Part shown: piece by piece, positions 33,830 to 45,965 of the stretch
Layout: each line of letters opens with the position of its first letter
Numbering within the stretch: position 1 is the stretch's first letter
Assembly: GCA_001600815.1 (NCBI GenBank)
Contig: BCKZ01000035.1
Coordinates: 62,001-120,296, forward strand
Source: Alloascoidea hylecoeti
Lineage: Eukaryota
Length of the DNA stretch: 58,296 bases
Direction of reading: 5' to 3'
Program-made: the position numbers and the translations under genes
The notes under the pieces: model-generated
What the model saw: the letters and a program-made list of their open reading frames with translations, nothing else
What the model was told of the DNA's origin: nothing
Database searches by the model: none

Positions 33830-36800
33830 TTACATAAATGGATTAACAGATCTAACAGTAAGACAAGGTAAAGCCATTCCAATTTCAGCACGTAAAAGAA
33901 TTGGTACTTGTTTTAATTCCCTAATTTCTTGAATATAGTTATTACCATCTTCTCTTATGATAACATTTTCTAAATATGATGATAATGGATTACCATTTAA
34001 ATTTGATGTAATAATTTTTGAAATAATTTCATTACCCTTTAATGATGTTTCATCTTCATTTTCATTTTGGTGAATTTTATTTTCATTATCGTTATTAAGT
34101 TTTGGTGATGATGATAAACTTAATGTAGTATCCTTTGATGAATTAATTGATGTATTTGAATTTATTTCATCATTATCATTATCAATTGATAAATTATTTA
34201 AATTATTAATTAAATCATTTTTAGAAATTCCCAATTTTCCATCAATTGATAAACGATCTTGTGCAACAGCAGATTGAATACTTGAAGATCTATATCTATT
34301 TTTAATTGAAGAATGATAAGCTAAAGGAGCTCTTTCATCATCAGGGATAAAAGTTGCAGAATCAACACCTTTTTCCCAATATAATTCTAATAATCTTTCA
34401 TTTTTATTAAATTCAGCTTTAACTAAAGGTAATTGATCACCATGAACTCGTTTTTCAATACCAAAATCAGGTAAAAAAACATCAAAAGCAGATTCATAAA
34501 CTTGTAAAACAATTGCATTAACAATTAATTGACCACCAGTTTCTTTTGACATTCTATTAATTAAATGTGATAAGTTTAAATGAATTGATTGATCTTGAGC
34601 ATTTTTGCAACAATCTTTTTTAAAATTACAATAATCAGCTGCCATTTTTAAATTATCAATAGATTCATCAATTGTTTCATTATGAATCATTGATTTAAAT
34701 TGTCTATGAACAATATGATCAGAATATCTTCTAATTGGACATGTAAAATGTGTATAAATTGGTAAATTAAAAATATAATGAAAATTATTATCTGAATCAT
34801 TTTTACCAGATATATAATATTTCCCTCTTTGAAAAACTTTAATTAATAAAATTTCAATTGATTTTCTTATATTTAAATCTTTTATTTTAAAAATTGAATT
34901 TTGTAAAGTTGATGAATTTGTAACATCAATATTAATACCTAATTTTTTACATTTTGAAACAAATAATTCAATTTTATTTAATGTTGGAATTGAATGTTTT
35001 CTTAAAAATGTTTTTGAACCTAATGTTGCTAATAATTTTTGACCAATTGTTGAATTTATTTTTAAAAAAATTTCATCTATTAAAATTTCAGATTTTTTAA
35101 AATCAAATATATTTAATGATAATGATGATGATAATTTTTCATCATCTAATTGATTTAATAAATTTAAATTATAAAATTCATTATTTTCAAGATTTGGATT
35201 ATCTAATCTTTGTCTTTTAAATTCTCTTGATATTAAATTTAATGTTTTAATATAATCAATTGATGATTGATCTAAATCTTCAATTTCATTTTTATTTTCA
35301 TTATCATTATTAATTTTAGATTCATCATTTAATATTGTATCAATTAAATCATAAGAAATTAATTTTTTTGATTTAATAAATCCTTCACCCATCCAAATAT
35401 TTTCAATTTCAAAATTTTTTGTATCAATTTCAAAAACAACACTTAATGATAATTTTATTTTATTTTCATAAAATGATATTAATTTATTTAATTTTTCAGG
35501 TAATAAATTAATATTTTTATTATTATATAAAAATAAACTTGTTGATCTTTTTTTAATTTTTTTATCTAAAATTGAATTAATTGAAATAAAATTTGTTATA
35601 TCTGATATATGAATACCAAATTCAATTTTTTCATTTGAAATTTTTTTAATATGAAATGCATGATCACTATATAATTTATCATAAGTTAATGATAATATAT
35701 CATCATTTGTAAAATCACGACGATCTTTTAAAATTTCATCAGTTGGTAAAATATCAATATTTGGATCAGGGATTAAATTTAAATATTCTAAATCATCATT
35801 TTTAAGTGTTGATTCTGGATTATAATTTTCTAATTCATTTGGATATTCATCAAACATAAAATTATTATCTCTAATAATAGAAATAATTTCGGTATTTTTA
35901 TTATCAATTTCACCAATTTCAGAAATTAAATTACCAAATGGATGTAATGAAGTAATTGGCCATCTTTTAATTGAAGCAATAAATAATTTATTTGAATATT
36001 TTGAATGATTTTCAATAAAATCTTGTGGTGCTTGTTCAGTTGGAATAGCAATTAATGGAACTTTTTTATCAGTTGGTTTGAACCAAACAATTTTTGGTTT
36101 ATTATTGTTACTATTGTTATTTCTATTATCATCTTTATTTGAATTTGAATTTGAATTTGAATTTGAATTTTTTGATTTTTGTGATGGACGTAATAAACCT
36201 AATGTACCACTAAACAATTGACCAGGAATTCTATCAATAACAGCAACAATATGACCAGCGTATAAAGGTTTATAATCATCATTAATTTCTTCTTCTTCAG
36301 TTAAAAGTAAACTTTGTCCTTCGACTTCAACATCATCATTTTTCTTTTGAGTTGGTCTTTGTTTTAAACTACCACGTCTTTTTAATGAAGTTGTATTTGA
36401 TGATGATGAAACATTTAATGATGATGAATCAGTACCACGACTTGCATCATTTTTATCATCTAAATCAGTTGATTGAGCTTCTTTTCTTCTTTTTTTCTCT
36501 TCTTTTGATTTTTTAGAGTTCCAAACTTCATCAACAACTAATAATTCAACGGCAACCAAATCACCTTCTAAAGCTCTATTACGATCTTTCGAACCACATA
36601 TGAAAATATCAGAATCTAATAAACCATCCGTCGATACATAAGCATCCGATCTATTTTTTTTATTGACTCGAAGAATACCAGTTACTAATTTACCCTCTTT
36701 TATTAAATCAGGTAATGAAGCTTGTGGTAAATAAGGAGCAAAAAGAGATTTACGTTGTTGAGGATTATTATTTGACATGTTGAAAGCCTGGATTGACGAC

Positions 36801-37772
36801 ATTGAAGAATTTGCTGAACCTCTTGATCTATGACCGGGGACAAAATTGGCATTATAATCATTTTGCCTCCAATTGTTATTGTTATTGTTATTATCATAAT
36901 TTCTTGAGTTTGTACGATAATGAGCAGATGATCTTCTTTCATGGAAACTGGATTCGTTTGATGGAGGGAACTGGAAAGAACGGTGGTTATTGTTATTATA
37001 TGCTAAAGATTGAGATCTATTATGGGCAGGTTGTCTACGTGCAGAATCAGGGGTTGGAGGAAACTTGAAGGAATTAGTAGCCGAGATAGGAGTTGTGGAA
37101 GTAGAAGTAGGGGTTGCAGTTGGAGTTGGAGTTGTGGGAGAGGGAGAAGCTCTTTGGGACTGGACAATAGCAGCAGCCTTTTTCGCTTCAGAGACACCCA
37201 AAGAAGAGCGACGGTTGTGGGCGAACTCGGGAGGATTAGGGTTAGGGTTACGCGACCCGTAAGCGTGTTGAGGGGGGCCCATGGACGACTGGGAGCGACG
37301 GTGGGCATTGGCCGGGGGTCCATTGGCACCCACTGGGGTGGCGAATTGCCCGAAAGAACCCGCTGCCTGCAGGTAGGAGAGATTTGGTTGCTGGTATGCG
37401 TTCTGGGCCATACCTTGGGGCCCCATCTGCCCCATCTGCCCCAACGGGCCCCCCAACGGGCCTCCCAACGGGGCAAGACCCTGGCTCTGGCTCAGCTGCT
37501 GCTGCTGGGCCAGCAGCTGTTGGTGTTGGAGTTGGACTGCTTCCAATTGACGTTGGAGACTGAGCTGTTCCACTAAATACACGAACTGGTCAGTAGTCTG
37601 GATCAGATTCCACTATAACAAGATACTTACGCATTAAAGCTGTGAAGTCCGACGGAGACGTGCGGTGCGCGATGTGGAGAGCCCGTGGTCTGCGCCCCCC
37701 TGCACCCGGGCCTGCGCCCGCCCTGTTGGGGTCGCCCGCGTGGTTTCCCTGGTTTGGAAGTTGGTTTTGCAT
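33830..37772 (-). CDS. SSD1: SSD1 RNA-binding RNase II-like pseudonuclease; exons 37772-37631, 37572-33830
   Basis: LHIAHRTSPS, Cbk1-type HxRxxS sites, RKSLFAPYLPQASLP, GILRVNKKNRSDAYV, DRNRALEGDLVAVELL, KPKIVWFKPTDKKVPLIAIP, YTHFTCPIRRYSD; intron 37573-37630 GTAAGT..CTGAC..TAG. Confidence 0.97.
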
Positions 37773-37965
37773 AGAGAGTGAAGTTTGGTTGAGGAACAAA
37801 TTTAAAAAAGATGTGCGAATCTAAATAATATTTGTTATCCCATTACTAATGCCAGTACTGCCGGATGACTCAGCGGCATAACCGCCACAACAGCACCGGC
37901 ACCCAGCAAACAACACGTCTAATTTTCACAGATCAGATCCAACCTTCTCTGACAATCCTACAACA

Positions 37966-39608
37966 ATGCAAGCTCCTGTGGTCTTTTTAAGTATGTTAGT
38001 CATTCTCCACTTACACGATTAGATTGCTAACCATTTGATATGATAGACACAAATAGCGAACGACAGTCCGGCAGAAAAGCCCAGGTTTCAAACATTACTG
38101 CCGCAAAGGCCGTCTCAGATATAATCAGAACATGTTTAGGTCCAAAAGCCATGCTTAAAATGTTACTTGATCCAATGGGTGGTATTGTCCTTACAAATGA
38201 TGGTCATGCAATCTTAAGAGAAATTGATGTTGCTCATCCTGCTGCTAAGAGTATGATTGAATTAAGTAGAACACAGGATGAAGAAGTTGGTGATGGTACA
38301 ACCACTGTTATTATTTTAGCTGGTGAAATTTTAGCTCAAACTTATCCATACGTTGAAAGAAATATTCATCCAGTTGTTATTATTAAAGCTTTAAAAAATG
38401 CTCTTGATGATGCTTTAGAAGCAATTCATCAAGTTTCAATTCCAATTGATGTTGAAAATACTGAAGCAATGTTAAAATTAATTTCTGCTTCGATTGGTAC
38501 AAAATATGTTGCAAAATGGAGTAAATTAATGTGTGAATTAGCTTTAAAAGCTGTTCGAACAATAACCATTGATGAAGATGGTCATAAAGAAATTGATATT
38601 AAAAGATATGCAAAAATTGAAAAAATTCCAGGTGGTGATATATCGCAATCAAAAGTTTTAGATGGTATATTATTAAATAAAGATATCGTTCATCCAAAAA
38701 TGAGAAGATATATTGAAAATCCAAGAATTATTTTATTAGATTGTCCTTTAGAATATAAAAAAGGTGAATCACAAACAAATATTGAAATTTCAAATGAAAA
38801 TGATTGGAATAGAATATTAGAAATTGAAGAAGAACAAATTAAATCAATGTGTGAATCAATTTTATCTTTAAAACCTGATTTAGTTATAACTGAAAAAGGT
38901 GTTTCTGATTTAGTTCAACATTATTTATTAAAAGGTGGTTGTTCTGCTTTAAGAAGAGTTCGAAAATCTGATAATAATAGAATTGCAAGAGCAACTGGTG
39001 CAACTATTATTAATAGAGTTGAAGATTTACAAGAAAAAGATGTTGGTACAAAATGTGGTTTATTTAAAGTTGAATTAATTGGTGATGAATATTTTTCATT
39101 TCTTGTGAAATGTAAAAATCCAACTGCTTGTACTATATTATTACGTGGCCCAAGTAAAGATATTTTAAATGAAATTGATCGAAACTTACAAGATGCAATG
39201 GCTGTTACAAGAAATGTATTTTTTGAACCACGTTTATCTCCTGGTGGTGGTGCAACAGAAATGGCTGTTTCTGTTAAATTAGCTGAAAAGGCAAAAACTA
39301 TTGAAGGTATTGAACAATGGCCATATAAAGCTGTTTCTGAAGCAATGGAAATTATTCCTCGTACTTTAATTCAAAATAGTGGTGCAAATCCAATTAGAAT
39401 TTTAAGTGCTTTAAGAGCAAAACATGCTGATGGAAATTTTACTTTTGGTATAAATGGTGATTTAGGTACTATTGTTGATATGAATCAATATGGTATTTGG
39501 GAACCTGAAGTTATTAAATTACAATCTATTAAAACTGCTATTGAAAGTGCTTGTTTATTATTAAGAGTTGATGATATTGTTAGTGGTGTACGAAGAGCTG
39601 AAGCTTAA
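37966..39608 (+). CDS. CCT3: Chaperonin CCT/TRiC gamma subunit; exons 37966-37990, 38047-39608
   Basis: MQAPVVFL-N, IRTCLGPKAMLKMLLDPMGGIVLTNDG, GDGTTT, LEYKKGESQT; intron GTATGT..GCTAAC..TAG. Confidence 0.97.
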
Positions 39609-39993
39609 TCTTTTTTTCATATTCATACATACCTTTAATAAAACTGTATAGAAATATCCATATATTTAGTAATTTATAAAATATCACATACATATATAAA
39701 TTTGGATATACACGCCCAAACATAGAGTTATTCGTGGAAATTGGTATACACACAGGTGTAAGGAGGAATTGTCTCTGCAGCAGTTCCTAATGTAGAAATT
39801 GGTATGCAGATGAATGGAGGAATTTCCATGATTACTTCTTTAATTTTTTTTTGCAGTGTCTATTATAAAGTAGTTGATGCATAATGAAGCTAGACAGACG
39901 GCAACATTAGAATATAAAAAGAGGAAGGATCCTCTTAAGTAAAATAAATAATTTCTATACCTATAACACTCAACATTTTAGCGTATTCCAAGA

Positions 39994-41271
39994 ATGTCAT
40001 CTGAACAGGTCATGGATCCTAAAGAGGCATTTGAATTAATCACCAAAGACCTACAACAACAAGAGGTTATAAATGGTGAAATTATCAAACATGTTTTAGA
40101 AGTTCAGAAAAGACCTTTAAAAATTTACTGGGGTTCATGTATTTTAAATTTTTTAAAAATTTATTAGTAATAAGATTTTTGAAAGGTACTGCTCCTTCTG
40201 GAAGACTACATTGTGGATATTTTGTTCCAATGATAAAATTGGATCATTTCTTAACAGATGGTTGGATAATAAGAAAGTACCATTGGAAGTTGTTAAATAT
40301 AGAACAATATTTTATGAGAAAGTCATTAATCATTGTTAACATCTATTGGGGTTAACATTGAAAAACTAAAGGTCTCTCTTATCAAGTCACACCCAAATTT
40401 ACTCTCGATTTCCACACATTAACTACTATTGTATCAGAAAATGAGGCAAGAAGAGCTGGAGCAGATGTTGTCGAACAAGTTTCTAATCCATTACTTAATG
40501 GGATGATTTATCCTTTAATGCAAACTCTTGATGAAGAGTATTTGAGTGTAGATGCTTTTTTTGGTGGTGTTGATCAAAGAAATATTTTTGTGTTAGCAGA
40601 AAAAAGCTTACAATCTCTCGGTTATAAGAAGCGTGCGCATCTTATGAACTCAATGGTTTTTAGTTTAGGCCAAGGAGGGTATGTTTTTATTTTATTTATC
40701 AAATGTTTGAATATAATCTAACATGATCTTAACTAGTAAAATAAAAAATGCCTGCCTCTGATCCCAAATCCAAGAGAGATCTACTAGAAGAACATAATAA
40801 GGTTAAAAAGAAGGTGGCTGGTTATGCACCTGATGAAGTTGGGCGCAATAGACTGATAGCATTTGTGGAATATGTTATTTTCCCAATTTCAAAACTTTCA
40901 GATGGCAGTGGATCATTCCATATTGATATAGACTCGAACAATATGGAGATGAAATCACCTACACTTCAGTTGAAAAATTAAAAAAAAGATTTTGCGAAGA
41001 ATAATCTTTCTCCACAGGATTTGAAGGTAGAGGTGTAAGCCATAATATTATTCAATTATTGAAACCATTGGGAAAAGATTTTGGAAATGACGTTGAATTC
41101 CAAGAATCAGAGAAACTTGGTTATCCAGCTCTAGTAGAAATTAAGAAAACGAAAAAGAAGGAGAAGAAAAATAAAGGATCTTGTTATCTAGGTTCTCAAA
41201 AATCAGTTTCCACTGTTCTTGAAGATGAAACAACGTCAATAGAGTCTGCTCTTGAAAAGGTATCCATATAG
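39994..41271 (+). pseudogene. TYS1: TYS1 pseudogene (frameshifted duplicate retaining intron sequence)
   Basis: Colinear with 27206-28536 from MSSEQVMDPKEAFELIT to ESALEKVSI*; deletion across LLADLHAFL, several frameshifts/stops, intron-1 5' site deleted, intron 2 retained. Confidence 0.93.
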
Positions 41272-41779
41272 TATAGGCCTACATTGTATTTAATTGCTTT
41301 CTAAACAAGTTCCCAGTTTTAGTTCTATAATCAGTTATTATCTTTGGTAGTTTTATATACATAAAGCACAAATAATCAATAATATCAGAGTTTGAATATT
41401 AGAGTCTGAAAACAGTTTTGATCTCATCCCCAAAACCTTGACATAATCGATTATATGATATTATATTTGTGTCAAGATTTGTTTTTATGGTCAAGAAGAA
41501 TATCACAGCCCTTATCTTCTATCATAACTAGATAAATTCGTAAGAAAAAGTTAGTTCAGTATGTGTATGATCTCATAGCTAATAAAAAGAATCACACGTC
41601 ATCTGAATAACTATTTATTACCAATTAATCATCATTAATAGTTCCAGACACGATTTTTTTCAATTTTTCTGGAATACCAATAAATAAAAATGAATAATCA
41701 TTTACTCAACTTTAAAGTTGACTCAATCAGTATGATAAGCGGGTGGGTGTGTTGGATAGATAAGAAACTATACATCCAG

Positions 41780-42125
41780 TTAAACTCACCTTTACAAACT
41801 TTTAATTCTGGATTAACTCTCCTTGGAAATTTCTTTCAGGAACGATTATTTCCTAGCAATTTGATCAACGCCCTTTACCACGAGAGCTTCTGACGGAAGA
41901 AATCTACCAAACTTACGGATTACATAGATTATAAATTTGATCGGAAGATTATATTTACATTTTTAATAAAGAAATTAGACTGTCAAGTGTTTGGTCTTCA
42001 CAAGTGGATTCTTTAATCTTAACGTTAACAGTTACCGTTTGAAACGAAAAATAGACAAGTCGTGATAGTAGACAAGTTTCAGACAATTCATCATTTTTGG
42101 TTGAGTTACTGATTATTGAGTTTTC
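41780..42125 (+). mobile_element. Second decayed fragment of the Tc1-like family found at ~760-900
   Basis: Three colinear matches: aaacttacggattacat vs aaacttacggaatacat; agacaagtcgtgatag vs agacaggtcgtgagag; tggttgagttactgatt vs tggttgagttactgatg. Confidence 0.6.
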
Positions 42126-45100
42126 GACTATAGAGACATTATTGTGAGAGTTTGTGTTTTCTTTTTGACATTTGTTGTAAGCTTATCCCTTACTCCCTTT
42201 ATCTTTTATAACCGCTTTCGCGTCACTTCTACACCAATTGAATCAAGGTAACTCTTGTTGGGTATTTAATGTCGTATTCCAATAGGACATTTATGCATAT
42301 CTATAGATTTTGCTTGAAGTCTCCTTCATTAATTAATATTACAATCGTATATTAACACAAAACCATACTAATCAGTGGTCTGGGTACCTCCTAATAGATA
42401 TAATATTACTATTACTTTATTATTAATTTCTTAAAATAGAAAATTAATTTTTTAAATGATAATAAAAAGATATTAATTTCAGATTTATTAATAAATAAAT
42501 AGATAGATAAAAGAATAAAAAATAAATCATCATTAATATGTGTAGGTATTTGAGTGTAGCAACATTAAATTATGGAGTACATGTAATATCAATTAAGAGA
42601 GAACCCATGCATTAAAATAATTGAATTGTAAACTATATAGTAGAGGCCTATTAAAGTATGGACAATCTCGATGTCAACCACTATATTGTATTTATATTTC
42701 ATTGTTCTATAATATCCTTTCATGCATGGGTAAGCAATAGTTAAAGCTTAGCAATCAAACTACCTATTTAGGAACATACATATAAATATTGCTGGATTGA
42801 ATCAAACTAAATTTAACTTGCAATTGGAATTGGAATCTTCAATTCAAATAATAAAGGGGTGAGTTATTTACGAACCGCGGGTTAAGAAAATCCTCTTGAA
42901 ATTCCATGCCACCGTAAACCTTAAATTTTCTAAAAAAAATATACCCAGCTCTATACCATAATGGAAAAGCAAAATCACAATAATGATGAGAAGGTCTCAA
43001 AATCTAGAGGATGCTATATCACACTTCACGGTTAATACGTAACTTATTAATATATGGTGATTAAATATATAAATGTCAGTAATTACAACTGCTATCGACT
43101 CAAATACGAAACTGTCGATATGTATACTATAAACAAAATGGACATATCTCGATCGATCCTATAGTTTATAATCAGATGATTCTTTCTATTACCGTTATAA
43201 TATTAAATTAGAACGAACTAACTTATAGGGCAAAAGCATAAAGGATCCGGAACCCTAACCATCACATAGATAAAGCCTATACCGGTACATTAGACTGCTT
43301 AAAGGAACTATAGAATGTATTGTAAAGCAGCTAGTGACAAAGCTACGTGAGAATTCAATATTAGTTTTAAATGATACTCCGATTCATATTCAGAAAACCA
43401 CGTATGTTGCAATTATGGGTATATTAATTAATTTATTGAAATTATTTACTGGAATGATAATGGGACTTTCTAAGCCAGCAATCATAAAAGTATGATGTAA
43501 TGAATATTTAAAGTACATACATAATTATCGCTTTTCCAATATATGTCCTTTAAGTTATATTTATATCTTTCGGTTAACTACGTTAATGATATAATGATAT
43601 TGATTATTATTGATTGATATTTTGATATTCAATAAATAGTTTAACATAATACAGATGCATTACAAACAGAATTCTTCAACATGGTTGATGTTTCAGCTGA
43701 TCAGCCGTATCTTTCAAAAGTTTAAATACGTAGAATGTTTGCTGTTTGATAGACAATGATAGTGCTGTGGAATCCTATTAAAATAAAGTAAAAATATATA
43801 TTATCATATTTATCTTGCTATTATCCATCGATATCCAGAGAAAATGAATAATTATGCTGTATAATTACCTTTCTAAGTTAATATATGAGATATCAACATC
43901 CAATTGTTTATAACTACTTTTATGAGTTACTTAACTCATGTGATATAGGTCTTTTAAATTCACAATCATGACTCGTAAGAAAATTAATATAGACCTACCG
44001 ATGTGGTCAACAGAACAGAATATTCAAAGGGGAATTATATATATGTATAAAAATACAGCTTAGTTTCTTGCCGTAGAATTTATTATAGTGATGATTAATA
44101 TTAGTAAACCTACTTATGAAAAATCTTGGCTATGTAAGGTTAAGAGTTTTGATCTATTTTTTCTTAAATTTCCCGTTGAAACTTGAAACTTGAAATCAGT
44201 TACGTGTGAAAAGTTGCACAACCTTTTTCGACTGCCCAAGAGTGATCATATAGCTATATATAGTAGTTCCCCGCAATCATAGAAGAGGGCACCTTGATAT
44301 CGTTGTATGTTAATCTCTTTAGCCTTGAATTATAACCTAACATTAACATTAAAGAATCCTTTATTCTACATCCCTTTTCCCGAGCACTCTTTAAACTAAT
44401 GCTTGTGAGGAAGTGACCTATTTTGTGCTAACCGAATTCATTTGTGAGAGCGCTTAGTTAATATTAGGTAATCAATATAGCCTTTCAATCAATCGGGTTA
44501 TTAAATCCGTTTCCAATGAGAGCTTCTCGGTTCTCGGAACAGAGTACAGTTAAAAATAGGGCATGCTAAATTTGTCTCTGCCCAGTGTTCAGATCGTCTG
44601 GGATTATTCTAGAAATAATTATGAGCAGACTTATATTTAAACCTATAGAAGATGCAAAAACTAATTATAGAGGACAAAAGTTGCGTTAATGACATATAGG
44701 GTAATATAGACCTGTAAGGATATAGTAGGAGAATACCTAACAATAGCTACATTATAGTTGATATAGGGCTGCGATCGTCATCAATTTAAATAATTCTAAG
44801 TTATGAAGTAATATAAACATATAATTATATATATTTAATCGCAGATCAAAAACAAGTTCTAAAAGATTGAAATTGCGTCATATATATTTACCTTTCTTCA
44901 TAGGTTATAACAATCCAGGTAACATACATGAATAGATCATGAATGATATAGGTTTTAAATTAAAAAAAGGAGTCTAACATACACGAGGAAGTGAAGCACT
45001 ACCCTATCTATAGCAACATATTTTCGCTTCTACATCATCTTGTTTGTGTCCCGCGTCTAATTGCGGAAAAGTTAAACCACAAAATAAATAGAGTTAACAT

Positions 45101-45965
45101 CGATCCCATAAGTACACTGATAATAATGATGTAAGTAATTAAACAGATCTAGTATTTATTTCAGCCTCAATTTAGGACCCTTTGTACCTTTCTAACGTCT
45201 AGAATAAATCTCATCGTTATTAGGCAGAAAAGCTTTTGTTAGTATGTATACTATATATAGCCCAATTTGGAAGGGAAGAGAGTCAATTGCAAGATAAAGT
45301 TTCATTTAAAGTTATCAGTTTCTGAAGTTTCTTTTCCAACCTGGTCCATGAAAATTTAAAACAAATCGATAATTTGATAGGTCTTTGCATTAATATCGGG
45401 CAGGTTGGGAAAACAAGATGGGATTAGTAGTGGCTTAGAGAAGTCAAGCATGTTTATTATTTAGTAATATAACCAGCTCTGTAGCTTGATGTAGTTGATA
45501 TTAAGCCGAGCCACGTGACGCAAGGTAATTATAATAGCAGTTGCGATGTGAACAGGAAGACGAACGGAGAAGGAGACAAGGAAGAGGAGCGTGGAAATAT
45601 CAAAATCACTTTCCAGAAAGCAGCGAACTTGGAGTAGTTTCAGAACAGTTGCAATTCGCACGCATTTGTAATACAACAAGTTTCAGCATCAAAGAGATAT
45701 ACGGTTTTTCCGGGACCTGAAATTGGAGAGGCTGCGAGGCTTGGCTACGTTGGATGCATGCGCATTGCATGACGACACTTCCGCATCCGTCGGCCTGCAT
45801 ATGTATATTTATTCTTCGGCTGCAAACTCTTCTGACCTTCTAACCTTCTGACTTTGCACTCGTTTACCTCACTTCCACTCGTTTCTCCCTCCGCTTCTGC
45901 CTCTTCCGTCTCGCCTGCTGCCGTCCCACCTCCGCCCACGCCGCCCGTCCCGCCACACCCCCAGA

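Noticed and set aside
37003..37824. Long overlapping ORFs at the SSD1 5' end
   Set aside because: Expected from local high GC (few stop codons); no family features
24169..39608. HGH1 and CCT3 (both involved in eEF2 folding) as a functional cluster
   Set aside because: About 13 kb apart with unrelated genes between; no evidence of co-regulation
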